Positions 27,021-41,240 of a stretch of DNA of 64,000 bases are shown here, piece after piece. The notes beneath the pieces were generated by a model. That model was not told the origin of the DNA, did not search any database, and was given only the letters and a program-made list of their open reading frames with translations. The stretch comes from Octopus vulgaris (taxonomy: Eukaryota). Made by a program: the position numbers and the translations under genes. Each line of letters opens with the position of its first letter. The first letter of the stretch is position 1. The stretch is taken from positions 3,410,001 through 3,474,000 of the forward strand of contig OX597823.1 of NCBI GenBank assembly GCA_951406725.2, written 5' to 3'.

Positions 27021-27439
27021 TTCACCATTCCAACATATACCCAGCAACAAACACCCTGCATGTTGATGCATGATAGCCAATACAGTCCTTGATTTTATTA
27101 ACAGAACTCTATCACGCCACAACTACAGGCACCAACTTGTGTAGTATTTCAGAAAGAGCAGCTGAGGTACCCTATTCCAGCAATGACAACCACTGAGAAC
27201 ATAGAAGCCACTTTGAAGGCTTGTATGTCAATGCAGGATTGCCAATGGGAATAATGCAACAATCCTGCACAACTACCAGGAAGAACCATCAGGAAGTGGT
27301 GGCACTGTTCCTGTCTATTCACATCTTATATATTGGTTGTTTTGCATGGAATTATGGGATTTCATTATCATCCCTTGCAATCAATTTTCTCTCATTTAAA
27401 TGCCTAAACTTCATGTTAACCAATATTTACTCAGAAATT

Positions 27440-27805
27440 CGTCATCGTGGCACTCCATCGGTTATGACGAGGGTCCCAGTTGAGCTGATCAACAGAACAG
27501 CCTGCTCGTGAAATTAATGTGCAAGTGGCTGAGCCCTCCACAGACATGTGTACCCTTAACGTAGTTCTCAGGGGAGATTCAGCACGACACAGAATGTGAC
27601 AAGGCTGGCGCTTTCAAATACAGGTACAACAGAAACAGTTGTGGTAAAAGAGTACAGCAGGGTTCGTCACCACCCCCTGCTGGAGCCTCGTGGAGCTTTA
27701 CATGTTTTCGCTCAATAAACACTCACAACACCCGTTCTGGAAATCAAAACCACGATCCTATGACTGCAAGTCCGCTGCCCTAACCACTGGGCCATTGCAC
27801 CTCCA
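27440..27805 (-). repeat. tRNA-derived SINE (family F); related copies at 1297-1600, 55430, 59960 and 62000
   Basis: Minus strand GGAGGTGCAATGGCCCAGTGGTTAGGGCAGCGGACTTGCAGTC...GGTTTTGATTTCC tRNA-like head; 3' body shared with 1440-1590. Confidence 0.8.
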
Positions 27806-29738
27806 CTACTCACAAATTAATATTAAATCCTATGAAAAGTGTAACCAAATGAATTGAGTTGGATATCTGTAGAAGTGGTATTTGTTGTGACTCTTAATGC
27901 TCAGAGTTCAAACCACACCAAGGTGAACTTTGCCCCTCATCCTTTCAAAATTGATAAAAAAAAACAAAATAAATACCAATCCTGGATACTAGATTGGAAG
28001 AATTGCAAGAACATTAAACCTGGTGGTATTTGCTCTGGCACTTTGTTCCGAGTTCAAATCTCACCATAGCCCACCTGTGTGGTGGACATAACCAATCACT
28101 TTGTGTATCCATTCTGTGGCAAGCATCCAGACCAGGGTTTCTAGTTTGAGGAGTGGGAACACTAATCTCTGAGGCCCTGTAACAAGTCATCAGCACTGCC
28201 TTCCCTCCTAACTAAAAAGAAAAACCTATAATGATATATGCAACCTATAAAGTAAACAGGACTAATTAAGGCGTTTCTCTGTAAATTGAAACAATAATGA
28301 ACAGCCTTAATCAGTTTTTTAATCTTATTGGAATCTAATCAGAGGTATCTTTATCAATTTGACCAATCTCAGAGAAACAGGCAGCTCATTTGTTTGTAGA
28401 CTCAGTAATTACAATAGCTACAGAAAGCTGGAAGAACTAATCTGCATACTGTAAGTGTTTGTGCTTTATTTAATGTCAAGGGGCCTGTCAACATGGATCT
28501 TAGTCCACAGAGCATCAAGCAGGAACCTACGTAGGCAAGGTAGGCAGTGCATACCCTGAATAATACCCTGAATCAATAGCAACATTTTTCTTTTATGATA
28601 ACATATGCACCTAATTCAATAAAATTATGAAGGTTACTTTGTTTTTTTGTAGATTAGGCAGTCATAATTCACTCCTGCCTTTCAATCGCATTAAGTTGTG
28701 CATAGTACTGCTGTAGTACACAAGTTGTATGAGTTCCTCCGGGGGTTTTTTATGTACTATAAAAGCAAAAGTAATTCTGCCTTCAACTGAGTCACACGGC
28801 TGTGTTTCATTTATTTCTTTTGCATGTTTTACCACATAAACGTCACCAACTGCCTACCCTGAGTAATTACTGACAGCATATGCCAGGTATCAAGGTATGA
28901 TATATGTAGTTGGCTGTGACTGTTGTACACCTGTTGTCTCTTGCAAACCAATTTATAACCAGGTTCAGTCTGATGGCATGGCTAAGGATTCTTGTATGGA
29001 GCTCAATACCAAAGCAATTTCTAGTTACCTTCTCTTCACCTATTTATTTATACCAGTCATTCAGAAAAGCTAAATTCTATTCTTTTTATATTCCCCGTCA
29101 TTGGCTGGTTTCATTTATAACTATGCCTAATCACATATCCACTTAATAGAACTCTTAACAGGAAGTCCAACCGTAATGAGAAGAGGGGAGTTCCGTAATT
29201 TCAGACAGGGCTGCTATTTCTTTAACGAAATAGGAAGTGTGTTGGAAAGCTGTGAATAAAATTTTCAATTCCCATCCTGCCAATACACTCCTTTATATAT
29301 TGAAAACAGGTGTTATCATCAAAAATTTTGCAACCCGTCTCTCTTAACTTAATGACACTCAAAATTAACAGCAAGGAGTCAGGGATGTAACACATTAACA
29401 AGATACAGCCAACCTCTCAACAGTGTATCAACAATACTAACCTCTCAGCCAGCTACACACGAAAGAGGATTTAAACAGATCATGCTAACAGCAGTTGTTT
29501 CCTATATCAGAAATGACACATCTCATCTCGGCTGGCTGTGAGTACATGTTGTTAATGAGGCCCAACAAGGCTGAAATACATCTGGCCTTCTCACTGCTGA
29601 GATGATTTTTTCTTGCCACTCCAGAATATATTGTGTTTTTAAACACAACACATCCATAAGGGATGTTATCTTTGGGGGAATATTACAGTCACTTGCCTGT
29701 GAAAAGTGTGCACATATTCTCTCTTTATTTATATATAC

Positions 29739-29783
<45 letters not shown>

Positions 29784-30210
29784 ACATGTGAAGGGTGCAT
29801 AGCCCAGTGGTTAGGGTGTTGCATTCGTGGGTTCAGTTCCCAGACAGAGTGGTGTGTTGTGTTCTTTTGTTCTTAAAACACTACATATCACATTGGCATG
29901 GTTTCTACGGCTGGATACCCTTCCCTAATGCCAACCAATTTACAAGAGTGGGAAAAAAAGTTTAAATTATCATTATCATTTAACGTCCATTGTCCATGCT
30001 GGCAAGAGTGTAATAGGTGCATTTACATGCCACTGGCACAGGTGCTAATTGCATGACACCAGTATCTGTCATGTCTACCATTTCACTTGGCTTCATTGGT
30101 CTTCTTCTCAAGCACAACATAATGCCAAAGGCCTTGGTCATTTGTCATTGCCTCCATGTGGCCCAACACTCAAAATATAAAAAGAAAGAGAAAAACTGCT
30201 GCCAACTCAC

Positions 30211-30359
30211 TCTCTGGCCTTCTTTGTGCCATCGTAAACTCCAGTTGGTAAGTGGTTAATTAGTCCAAGTCTCTGTGCTATTTTAATCTGCTCTTCTTCT
30301 GTTAATAGATTCGCTGGCCGACTCACATTGGGAGACGGGTGATATACCGGTACACTTTC
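30211..30359 (-). CDS. RNF11: RING finger protein 11, exon 2
   Basis: Minus strand ttcccag|GAA...AGA GA|gtgag, 149 nt. Reads ESVPVYHPSPNVSRPANLLTEEEQIKIAQRLGLINHLPTGVYDGTKKAR(E), closely matching human RNF11 VPVYHPTP..LTEEEQIRIAQRIGLIQHLP.GVYD. Confidence 0.96.
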
Positions 30360-30635
30360 CTGGGAAAAAGAGATTACAAATATAAATAAACAAATAGCAT
30401 AACAACAATACAAATGGTTTCAAATTTTGGCACAATGCAAGCAATTTTAGGGGACAGGGGGTTAGTCAATACTCTCGACCCAATACTTGACTGGTACTTC
30501 ATTTTATCAACCCTCAAAAGATGAGAGGTAAAGTTGAACTCAGAATCTAGAGAGGAAGAAGAAATGCCACCAAGCATGTTTACCAAAGCTCTAATGATTC
30601 TGCTGTTTTGCTGTCTTGACAATAATGATTTCATT

Positions 30636-31090
30636 TATTTGCCACAAGGGCAAAGGATGGGGGATACAATACAGAGACAGACATAAAGTGTAGGGGTTTA
30701 CATATAATGATGAAAAAAAAAGTATACACAGTATACACTGGAAAAGAAGGGACATATGCATAGCATACAAAGGTACAAAATAAATGTAGTGGGGGGGGAT
30801 GTTAGAGATGTGGCCCTCCTGGTACAGGAAGGTCTCTAGGGATAATCGAGGAACCCCACTGTCCAAGATTTCCCTGAAACCCTACGAGCAAGTGCCCTCT
30901 ACAATTCTTTCTCTCCAACTCACAGGTCTACACTTATTGAGGTGGTACCATCCACTCTTGCCACTTTCGCAACTTTCACTCACCTTACAATAAACTCACT
31001 CGAGGACAGCACTCCACTCTCCACTCTCAATTTCTTCTTCAAGTGAAACTTGAAAAAGTCAATGAGATCTTTACAAAAGAGGAATGGATC
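30636..31090 (-). mobile_element. Second Tx1-like LINE 3' end
   Basis: Minus strand DLIDFFKFHLKKKLRVESGVLSSSEFIVR*VKVAKVARVDG is homologous to the C-terminus of the 40.8-kb copy; similar TTGTGGCAAATAAA tail. Confidence 0.65.
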
Positions 31091-34066
31091 TGTCCTCACT
31101 GATAATTCCGATATAGGCACAAGGCCTGAAATTTCATGGGGAGGGGACAAACCAATTATATTGACCGCCCCCAGTATGCAACTGGTACTTATTTTATTGA
31201 CTCTGAAAGGATGAAAGGAAAAGTTGACCTCAGTAGAATCTGAACCCAGAAACTAAAGACGAAACAAATGCTGCAGAGTATTTTCTTACCTGACATGTTG
31301 ACAATTCTGCCAACATATCATCATCATCATCATCGTTTAACATCCGTTTTCCATGCTAGCATGGGTTGGATGGTTCAATTGGGGTCTGGGAAGCCAGAAG
31401 GCTGCACCAGGCCCCAATCTGACCTGGCAGAGTTTCTACAGCTGGATGCCCTTCCTAACGCCAACCACTCCGAGAGTGTAGTGGGTGCTTTTTATGTGCC
31501 ACTGGCACAGGAGTCAGTCGGGGCAAGGGGGCTGGCATAATAATGCCCACTTAATAATAATAATAATAATAATAATAATAGTTTCAAATTTTGGCACAAG
31601 GCCAGCTATTTTGGAGGAAGGCACAAGTCCATTACATCCCCCCCCCCTGCTCAACCTCGAAAGGAGGAAAGGCAAACTTAAGTTCAAACTCAGAACTTAA
31701 AGGCAAACAAAATGCCACTAGATATTCTTCCTAGCATGCTAACAATTCTACCATTTCACCATATTATTATGATTATGATTATTATTATTATTGATAGAGC
31801 ATTCAAGTAAATGCCTTGGAATATTTGTTCTGGGTCAAGCAGCAAGCTGGCAGAATTGTTACTGCACCAAGCAAAATTGCTTTGTGATATTTCATCTGTC
31901 TTTATGCTGTGAGTTCAAATTCTGCAAAGGTCAACATTGCTTGTCATTCTTTCAGGACTCATAAATTAAGTACCAGCTGAACACTGGGGTCGATCTAATT
32001 GACTTACCCCCAGCCCCACCCTCTCCCTTGAAATTGCTGGCCTTGTGTCAACATTTCTTCTGGCTCTCTACATTCTGATTTCAAATCCCACCAAGGGGCT
32101 AAGTTTGCCTTTCATCTCTCTAAAAATAAAATACTGGGGTTGATGTAGTCAAGTAGGCCCCTCCCCTCAAACCTGATGGTCTTCTGCCAAACTTCAAAGC
32201 AATTAAGAATAATGAATTGAAACAATTAAAATACACACATGCACATACATGTTTACATGCACACACACACATACACACACTCATTTATACACACATAGAT
32301 GTGAATATCAACACATACACAGATGCTTACATGTACACACACATGCATAGATAAATGCACATGCACACACACACACATATATATGGCTAGCTAAGGCTAT
32401 TTTCGATAGGTCCGCCTGACTGGCTCCCATTGGCACATAAAAAGCGCCATCCAAACATGGTTGATGCCTGTGTCCCCCGACTGGCTCCTGTGCTGGTGAC
32501 AGGTAAAAAGCACCCACTACACTCTCGGAGGGGTTGGTGTTAGGAGGGCATCCAGCAGTAGAAACACTACCAGATCAGATAGGAGCCTGGTGCAGCCTCT
32601 CCTGGCTTGTCAGTCCCCAGTCAAACCGTCCAACCCAAACCAGCATGGAAAACGGACATTAAACGATGATGGTGTTAGAACATCAGACAAGATGCTTAGT
32701 GGTATTTCTTCTGGCTAGTTACGTTCTAAGTTCAAATCTGGTTGAAGTCAAATATTACCCTTTATTCTTCCAGGGCTGATAAAATAAAGTTAAAGTACCA
32801 GTCAAAGAAAGTACTGGAGTTGAGGACATTGGCTGACCCCCCTCTCCCTCTCAAAGTTTCAGGCCTTGTACATATGTTGGTTTCCCATTTGGGTGCAAGG
32901 GTGGGAATAATTAATTCAACCCCAGGGCTCAGCTGGTACTTATTTCATCAACCCCCAAAAGTATAAAAGACAAACCTGAGCCAAACTGAATTTGGACTCA
33001 GAACATGAAGACAGACAAAGTACCACTGAAGCTTTCCACCCAGCATGTTAACAGTTCTGTCAGCTGGCCACCTTGTGTAGATATTGGAAACCATGTGTGG
33101 ACAGGATGCCAGAAACACTCTTGCTGAAGGACAAGGAGCCAAATGGACACAATGCCAAATGGATGTAAAGCCAAACGGACACAATAATAAAGAAAAAAAA
33201 AAGCATTCCTATCCACATAGTTTAATGATCAAATCACCAATTTCACACTCGAAATTTAACGAGATTAAATTTTAATTGTTGTATGTCTGTTCTTCAGCAT
33301 TGCGTTCGTTTGGCTTCTCATCCTTCAGCAAAAATGCATTCAGCATCCCATCCGAGGGCCATTATCAACAGTTAAAGATGGTGAAAGGACAGAATCATTA
33401 CTGATGGACAAACTACCTGTCAGCATTATTTCAAATCTTTATGTTCAGGGTTCAAATCCTACCTTAGTCAATTTTGCCTTTCATGCATTCAGGCCAATAA
33501 AGAGCCAGTTAAGTAGAGTAGGAACATAACCCCTCAACTAAATTTCTGACTTTGAGCCTACATTAGAAACATTATTATGATTGTTATTATTTTCATTATT
33601 GTTGGTATTATTACTGCTGCTGGTATTGTTATTATTCAGATCATTATTATCATTTTTTTATCAACATTACTATAACTATTATTATTATTATTGTAACTAT
33701 TGTTGTTGTTGTTATTATTTTTATTATTACCGAGAATGTGTTCCAGTAAACACTTAGTTCACATATTTGTAATATTAAAAAAGATTTCCTCTGTGTGTGA
33801 CCTTCAACCAACCTGTTTTTGGTGCAGTCGAAGAAGATTTGCATAGAGAGAAAAAAGGGGGAAGAAAAACAACTTTTTTATCTGTACACACACATATGTA
33901 TACATCCACATATATACATATATGTATATATCTTCAAGTTTACTTTCCAACCACATGGTTTCAGGTTCAGTCCCACTGCATGGCACCTTGAGCAAGTGTT
34001 TAGTATAACCCTTGATTGACCAAAGCCTTACGAGTAGGTTTGGTAGACAGAAACTGAAAAAAGCCC

Positions 34067-34097
<31 letters not shown>

Positions 34098-34685
34098 TGT
34101 CCATCACTGCTCAACAACTGGTGTTGGTTTGTTTACGTCCCTGTGACTTTGAAGTTTCGCAAAAGGGGCTGATAGAATAAGTACCAGACTTTAAAAAAAC
34201 ATGGATATAAAAAAAAAGTACTGGGGCAGGTGCCCCAGCATGGGCTGCATTCTAACAACTGAAACAAAGAAAAATAAATACATAAAAACATACATCCACA
34301 CAAGCATACATACATACATACGTGTGTGTGTGTGTGTGAATGAATAATCTAACATTCTAATATCCAAAAGTTGATGAACAAACTGAATTTGTTTCTCCAT
34401 TTCTTATTTGTATCATAAATTTAAGGTAAAAATATTTCTTTACCTTCACCCGTTTAATACAATAAATGAATTAACTGCATTGCAATTAAAAACATTTGTG
34501 TATTAAGAATTTGGGTACTTTACCAACAGTATATTGGATAAATACTATCCCTTAGTGGGTTACACTCATAACCCCTATCTTACTTTATACTATATATATA
34601 TATATATACTCTCCTTATTTGCTTCCTTTCCCAAAATAACTCCTATATTGAACTAATATTTCCCTCTATTTAACTATCTCACATC

Positions 34686-34733
34686 GTCTCTGATGAAGTG
34701 ATATTCCTAATATCTCAGAAACAGCTGTAAGAC
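34686..34733 (+). ncRNA. Minimal type-I hammerhead motif with intact core
   Basis: GTCT-CTGATGA-AG-TGATATT-cct-AATATC-TCA-GAAA-CAGCTG-TA-AGAC; stem I GTCT/AGAC, palindromic ACAGCTGT stem III, GUA triplet. Confidence 0.75.
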
Positions 34734-35394
34734 TAACTTTCTCTTTATTATTATTAAATGACCTGAAAATTCCACATAGCCTTGGCTTTGTTGTCTCATT
34801 TTATCTAACATATATACATACATATATATCCATATATATATATTTATATATATATATATATATACACACACATATAAATATGCATACACACACTAGGCTG
34901 TCTATACTGAAAATTCATACATCACATTTTATACACATCCCAGTTCACACATAGCATCTCTTCTCAATATACATGTAATACATACACATACACTTCACTT
35001 TTCTCAAAGTCAATACAAACTTTACACACAAAACACACACACACAGTTCTGAATCATACACATACACACAAATTTATCTTAGAATGAAAGTAAACACACA
35101 CACGCACAGACACACACACACACACAGATGCAGAGAGAGAGAGAGAGAGTTAGTGAGTGGCTTGCATAAGCAATACAAATATTACACAGACTCACACCCA
35201 AAACTTGTCTGAACACAAAAGCAACCCCCCCCCCTTCCAGCCATGCCTACACACAAAGAAGAAAACAAAAAAAACTTATCCAGTTGAAGTATTGTGTGAG
35301 TGTGTGCGTACGCATGCTTATATACACACACACATATAAATAGATATATATATATACAAAAACATATACACTCACTCACATGTTAATATATACA

Positions 35395-35442
<48 letters not shown>

Positions 35443-36734
35443 ATATGCACTCACATATACACACATATAGAGAGAAGAGACTTATACAAATGTGTGAGAG
35501 GGAGAAGAGAGAGAAGGGGAGAGAGGAGGAGGGGGGGAGGGCAAATGTTGTCAGACAGCAAAGTCATCGAAACAGCTGACAAAAAGAAAAAAAGCCAGTG
35601 ATGTCATTAATTTTACTTCCATAAGTAGGAGGATGGGCGGGGGTCGTTGGTAAGGTGGATGGAGGCGGAGGGAGGAGGCAGAAGTGGGGGGGATGCACTC
35701 TTGTTTAATCCAGGTTGACTATGATTAAGCACACCTATCCAACTATGACCATCCCATCTTTTACAGACATAACATACCCACTAGCTTACATTATTTTCGG
35801 GACTGTTTCTCAAAAATACAATTTAAGGAAATTTGGCTGCTATTTCTAGCATGTTGAGTGACTACATAGAAACTCACTGCTAGGCAATGTGGCTCTGTTG
35901 TTGTTTAACAGTCCTGATCAAGGACATCCTATCCATGACAATCCAACTGGCTTTTTCCTATTTTTTTTCCTTTTTCCATGCACCATGTACAAAGGACTCC
36001 ATTGTATACTTTTTCTCTCTAAGGTTAAAAATAGCAGCTACATTCCTTTCTAATCTTATGATAAGCTATGTGTGTATGAAGGCTGAGTCATTGTTGTTGT
36101 TGATGTTAGAGCAGCCCTGGTTGAACAAACTCGTAGTCAAAGGCGTTCCGGTGATGACTGGTTTTGTGTATCTAGGACTACCTTACACAATGCCCCTTTT
36201 TCAAGTTGGTAAGGCTTCGTTCATGTTCAAAGCACCAGGAGGGTTTTTGTTCTTTTTTTATTATTGTGGATCCTCCAGTTGTAAATGACAAGTAAGGGTT
36301 ACAAAACTCCTTGCTGAAGAGAAGGTTTACTTATAGCGATCGAACATAGGTGCAGGCATGGCTGTGTTCATAAGGTGCTTGCTTCCCAACCACATGGTTC
36401 TGGGTTCAATCCCACTGCTTGGCACCCTGAGCAAGTGTTTTCCACCAAAGCCCCAAGTTGATCAAAGCCTTGTGAGTGGATTTGGTTGACAGAAACTGAA
36501 AGAAGCCTGTTGTGGATGTGTGTGTGTGTGTGCATGCGTGCGAGTGTGTGTCCTTGTCTTGACATTGCTTGAAGGTTGTAAATGAGTGTCACCGTCATAC
36601 AAGTGGTGTCATCTTTTCGATATTTTGCCGGTGGCACGTAAAAAGCACCCACTACACTCTCGGAGTGGTTGGCGTTAGGAAGGGCATCCAGCTGTAGAAA
36701 CATTGCCAGATCAGATTGGAGTCTGGCACAGCCT

Positions 36735-36949
36735 GTTAGTTAGTTAGTTAGTTAGTTAATTTGGCTCAAAAGCAAATAGCAAGGCCATGTAGGGGGACAT
36801 GGAGTTAAGTACAGGGTGGTGTTCATGTAAAGAGTTCAGGCCACTTGAGGTCCAGGGAGGCTTTGAACAAAGCGGTCGTCGGCATCTTCACCATCTCGTC
36901 TGGCAGCTTGTTCCACGGATCCGCAACCCGGACGGAGAAAGCTCCTCTC
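36735..36949 (-). mobile_element. CR1-clade LINE 3' fragment with (AACT)n tail, nested in a SINE
   Basis: Minus strand RGAFSVRVADPWNKLPDEMVKMPTTALFKASLDLKWPELFT* is a CR1 ORF2 C-terminus (FS.RV..WN.LP...FK..LD). It splits a (GAT)n-tailed SINE spanning 36627-37024. Confidence 0.85.
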
Positions 36950-37255
36950 CTTCCCAGACCCCAATTGAACCATCCAACCCATGCCAGCATGGAAAACAGA
37001 CGTTAAACAGTGATGATGATGATGAACAAGTCTGACCATGAGGTAAATATTACCTTGTTTGGAAACAGGTGAGAGTCTGCAACAGGAAGAGCATCCTGCC
37101 GTTGAAAATCTGCCTTGGATAAACTCTGTCCAACCCATGCATTCATGGAGAAGCAGACATTAAATGATTATTATTTTATATATGCAACCGTGTGTGTATT
37201 GTTGGCAATTTTTTTCTCCTCCGTGTTCCCTTCCATGGATCCTTCCTTTTTCTAT

Positions 37256-37290
37256 ATTTCTGACAAAGAGCTCTGCTCGAAACATTAAAT
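37256..37290 (+). ncRNA. Degenerate minimal hammerhead motif
   Basis: ATTT-CTGACAA-A-GAGC-tct-GCTC-GAAA-CATT-AAAT; both deviations from consensus are CG>CA changes. Confidence 0.55.
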
Positions 37291-37394
37291 CCTCTTTCTT
37301 TCTTTCCTTTCCTGATCATCCAATAACACTATACTTGTTCCACGTCCTCGCGTTGTTGTAATTTCTCTTTGTGTTTTCATGTTTGGATTAACTT

Positions 37395-37440
<46 letters not shown>

Positions 37441-37445
<5 letters not shown>

Positions 37446-37930
37446 ATGGTCGTCCACTCGTGACCGAGGAAGACCATTGCTGACCTTCAGGAACATTGTG
37501 CGCTCTAGAACTAGCTTATATTTTGCATTTGCGGCTCCGTTGGTGGCTAATGAGCACTACTCTTGACAAGTACACACGACTGCAAACATTGCAGACCAAG
37601 CTTTCCCCATTCACTACACCAGCTGTGCGCTTTCGAGCAGCACACTTAAGTTCTTCATGCTGAATTTGTGCTCTCTCAAAAGTGTCGACCCCCACTCCTT
37701 AACCTGCTTCCTTCATCAGTGGCATTTCTCTCCTATTCAGTCTCCTGCATATCACAGGCCTTTAATGAGGACTTGGTAGAGCCTTGGTTTCTGTGAGGGT
37801 CTCTTTCCATTCACAAGTTCTCCATATAGCATCTGCTTAGGGATCCTGCTATCCTTCATTCTAAATAAGGTGTCCAGTGCAACGTAACCGGTACTTGTGC
37901 ACCATGGCCTCAGTACTCAAGATATCAGCT
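37441..37930 (-). mobile_element. RTE-clade LINE 3' fragment
   Basis: Minus strand HKYRLRCTGHLI/RMKDSRIPKQMLYGELVNGKRPSQKPR, C-terminal CNVC...HQRS zinc-finger remnant, (CAT)n tail. Confidence 0.85.
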
Positions 37931-40643
37931 ACCTTTTAATCGTTTCAGCCATTAGACTGTGGCCATGCTCAGATACCACCTTGAAGAATTCTTAGTTGAG
38001 TGAATCAACACTATATTTATTTTAGTTCCTTTTGACGAACTGCTAAGTTATAGGGACATTAACACACCAACACCAGATGTCGAACAGTGGAGAACAAAAC
38101 ATACACACACAATATATATATATGTGGCAGGCTTCTTTTAGTTTCCGTCTACCAAATCCACTCACAAAGCTCTGGTTGTCCTCAGGCTATAAGACATTTG
38201 CTCTCAAGGAGCCATGCAGTGGAACAGAACCCTGAACCATGTGGTTAAGAAGCAAACTTCTTACCACACAGTCCAATGATGAAATCAGCTGGTCAAAACT
38301 TCGAAGTCACTGTCAACACTGTCAACTTGTTAAAGAGAAATAAATTTGTACTCTACAAAAATATAAAGCAATCCATCAGATTAATGCAAAATTGTTCTTA
38401 ACTGAACATAAAAACAAACGTTAATCTTTAAAAGATCTTTCTGTCTTGGTAAAATGAAACTCTTCAGTTCTTTGCCCTCGAAGGAATTTGCATGTCCCAT
38501 AATCATTTTTCTGGGTTAAATCTGTAGAAACTGATTGTTTAATATCTACTTAATGACTTTAAATCATTGCATTTGATGGCGGATTATTGCAGCTCAATAA
38601 TTCTGCAATGTTTCTAGGCTTTCCATCACTTTTGCAGCTTCACAGCATTTTTTGTTTGCTTTTTGGTGACTACCTCCATCATCACCATGACCATCACCTC
38701 TCAATTCAGGCATTTGTATTGAGAGAAACTTGATTCCCACCTTTTTTATGTGTGTAAATGGGGAGGGGCTGTGTTAGTGTTGGAGGAAGTGAAATGGTAG
38801 GGGAAGGTCATGGCTGGGTTAAGGAATCCAGTCGGGGGGGGGGTTATTGAGGGGAGGGGAGGAGGGAATGAGAGAAGGAGACAGGGGAAGGTAAGAGAGA
38901 TTGGTGGGGAGAATGGAGAGGATAGAAAGGTGGTGGAGAGAGAGGAAGGGGAACATGGAAGAGGGTGAGAGGTTAAGGATGTGAGGGAGGAGGGAGATAA
39001 GGAGAGAGAGAGGAATGATGAGGGAGGCAGGTGGGAGGAAAAATTAACCACCTATAAAGAGAATAATTGGAAAGAAAAGAAACCCCAAATGCAGGAGACA
39101 GCAATTAGCAGATTCCTAAGGGCAACATCCCTTAAGTTGGTGGACACACAAGCAGATGGCAATCAGTTTCCATTGTGTGCGTGTGTGTTTTACTTCATTA
39201 TTTTGTTTTAGCCTTCACAATGAGCATTTCAGATAATAATAATAATAATAATGATAATAATAATAATAATCCTTTTTATTAAAGGCTTGAAATTTTGTGG
39301 GGAGGCATAAGTCGGTTACATTGACCCCAATTCTCAGCTGGTACGCATTTCACTGACTCCAAAAGGATGAAAGGCAAAGTCAACCTCAGCAGAATTTGAA
39401 CTCAGAACATAAAGGCAGACAAAATGCCGCTAAGCATTCTGCCCAGCATGCTAACAATTCTGCCAGCTTGAATAATAATAATAATAATAACAGCAACAAC
39501 CATTTTATAGAGACTAATGTGATCTCCAACTTACATTATTATTTCTTAGCCAAGCTGAAAATCCATAACTCCCTTCAAATTCTAAGCTTAACTTCTTAAT
39601 AATCTGCTGGTAATCTGTTGTGAATCCCTCACGCAGCTTAAATAGTTTCCTGTCATCTCTTAAGTCACACTCTTTCAGCTTTATTTCATCATTATATTCA
39701 TAGAAAACACTTTTTCTTTCTTTTATTTTCCAACAAAATCTGGTTTAACAGCAACTAGAAGGTTTGCTTTAAGACGCACCTGGTTAACGCGAAAATGAAT
39801 TGTTTCATTTCTATTAAGGTTGTGTAGCCGTTAACCCTTTCAAAAACCAACCTATCTAAGACAGCCTTTGGTTCTAAAATACAAACTTCCCGTTTTAAAG
39901 TGATCTACACCAGAAGATGTTTCAACCCCAATCGCTACTGATATTCTACAAGGCTCAAGTAAGGGCCAAAATGGAATACTGCTCCTACACCTCACACAAG
40001 GCAGCTGCTACTCACACACAGACATTCTGAGCCGGAGATGGCAGAATCGTTATCGCGCCGGGTGAAATACTCAATGGTATTTTATAAGAGGACAGCGGTG
40101 ATGCCCCAGCATGGCCACGGCTTTCGGGCTAAAACATTTTTAAGGATTAAAATCTCCCATTAAAATTCCTTTTTAAACCTGTTGCTTTATGTCCCAAACA
40201 CCAGTTCAAAGACAAAAGTTATTTTACTCACGTCTTCCTTGTCTTCAAAATAAATTGAAGCAAAAGCATTACAACAGAAATATGATCACAAAAGGCTACC
40301 TTCCCACCCAACAAATAGTTCTTTTGAATTACCATCCTGCAAGCATTTTCCTACAGGTACCAGTTCTGAGAACTATTGTACTCATCCTAAATGTCTCCAG
40401 AGGTAATTCAACACAACTGATTTAGATAATACACTAAAACAGACCCAAACACTAAAACAAGATATGTTATACAATACGTTACAGAAAAAATGTTTTCAAC
40501 AATTTTTCCACGAACCATATCAAGTGCCTGAGACTCATCCTGTGACTTTTCACTTTGCTTTCCTATCACACTGAATACTTACATAGCTTTCATAACTTTC
40601 ATTTATTTATTTATTTATTTAGACAGACAGACAGACAGACATG

Positions 40644-41240
40644 TTTCTTTATTGGCCACACAGGGCTGAACACAGAGGAGACAAAATAAAAAGTAGAACT
40701 TTTCTTTTTGGGAAGAAGAAGGGAGAAAATAAGGTGGGGGTCGAATTTCAATCCAAAGGGATCGTGGGTCTCTTTTTTCTTTTCTTTTTTTGTTCATAGG
40801 ATTATACTCAAGGTGGCTTCGCCATTCATATGTGCCATCCTTGCTACATTCACCCATCTTTTTTTGAAACATTCACTAGGCAAAACTTCCCTCTCTACTC
40901 TCACCTTCCTCTTCAAGTGATACTTGAAGAGGTTGATGAGCTGCAGGAAAGCGTGCCTCACAAATGGTGACCACACCTGTTCACCATCGTCTACGTAGAG
41001 CCGGAGATGTCACAGTCTCAGCACATGTCCGCGCATCATCAACCACGGTATGCCCAGGCCTCCTTTTAAACAGTGTTGGTAGCAAACAGATCACTGGACC
41101 AATGGAACGCATCCTTTCCACAAGAAGCAGAAGAGGGTGTATTCCAGTTTCGTGATGGTAGGGTCGGGACAAGGCACGACGGTCAGGCAGTAGTAGATGA
41201 AGGACACGATGTACATGTTCGCCATCTCCAGTCAACCTTT
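40644..41240 (-). mobile_element. Tx1/L1-like LINE 3' fragment with an internal deletion
   Basis: Minus strand ANMYIVSFIYYCLTVVPCP..LF.FLWKG....V...CYQH..KGGLGIP (L1/Tx1 post-RT motif) is fused to the C-terminus LINLFKYHLKRKVRVERE...RWVNVARM. 3' tail ends AATAAAGAAA. (GACA)n on both flanks. Confidence 0.75.

Noticed and set aside
27740-27805. tRNA-like sequences as functional tRNA genes
   Set aside because: They are SINE heads with degenerate acceptor and T stems, attached to repeat bodies.
38746-39051. Ser/Pro/Leu-rich 101-aa ORF and purine-rich tract
   Set aside because: Low-complexity GA-rich sequence; the ORF is a compositional artefact.
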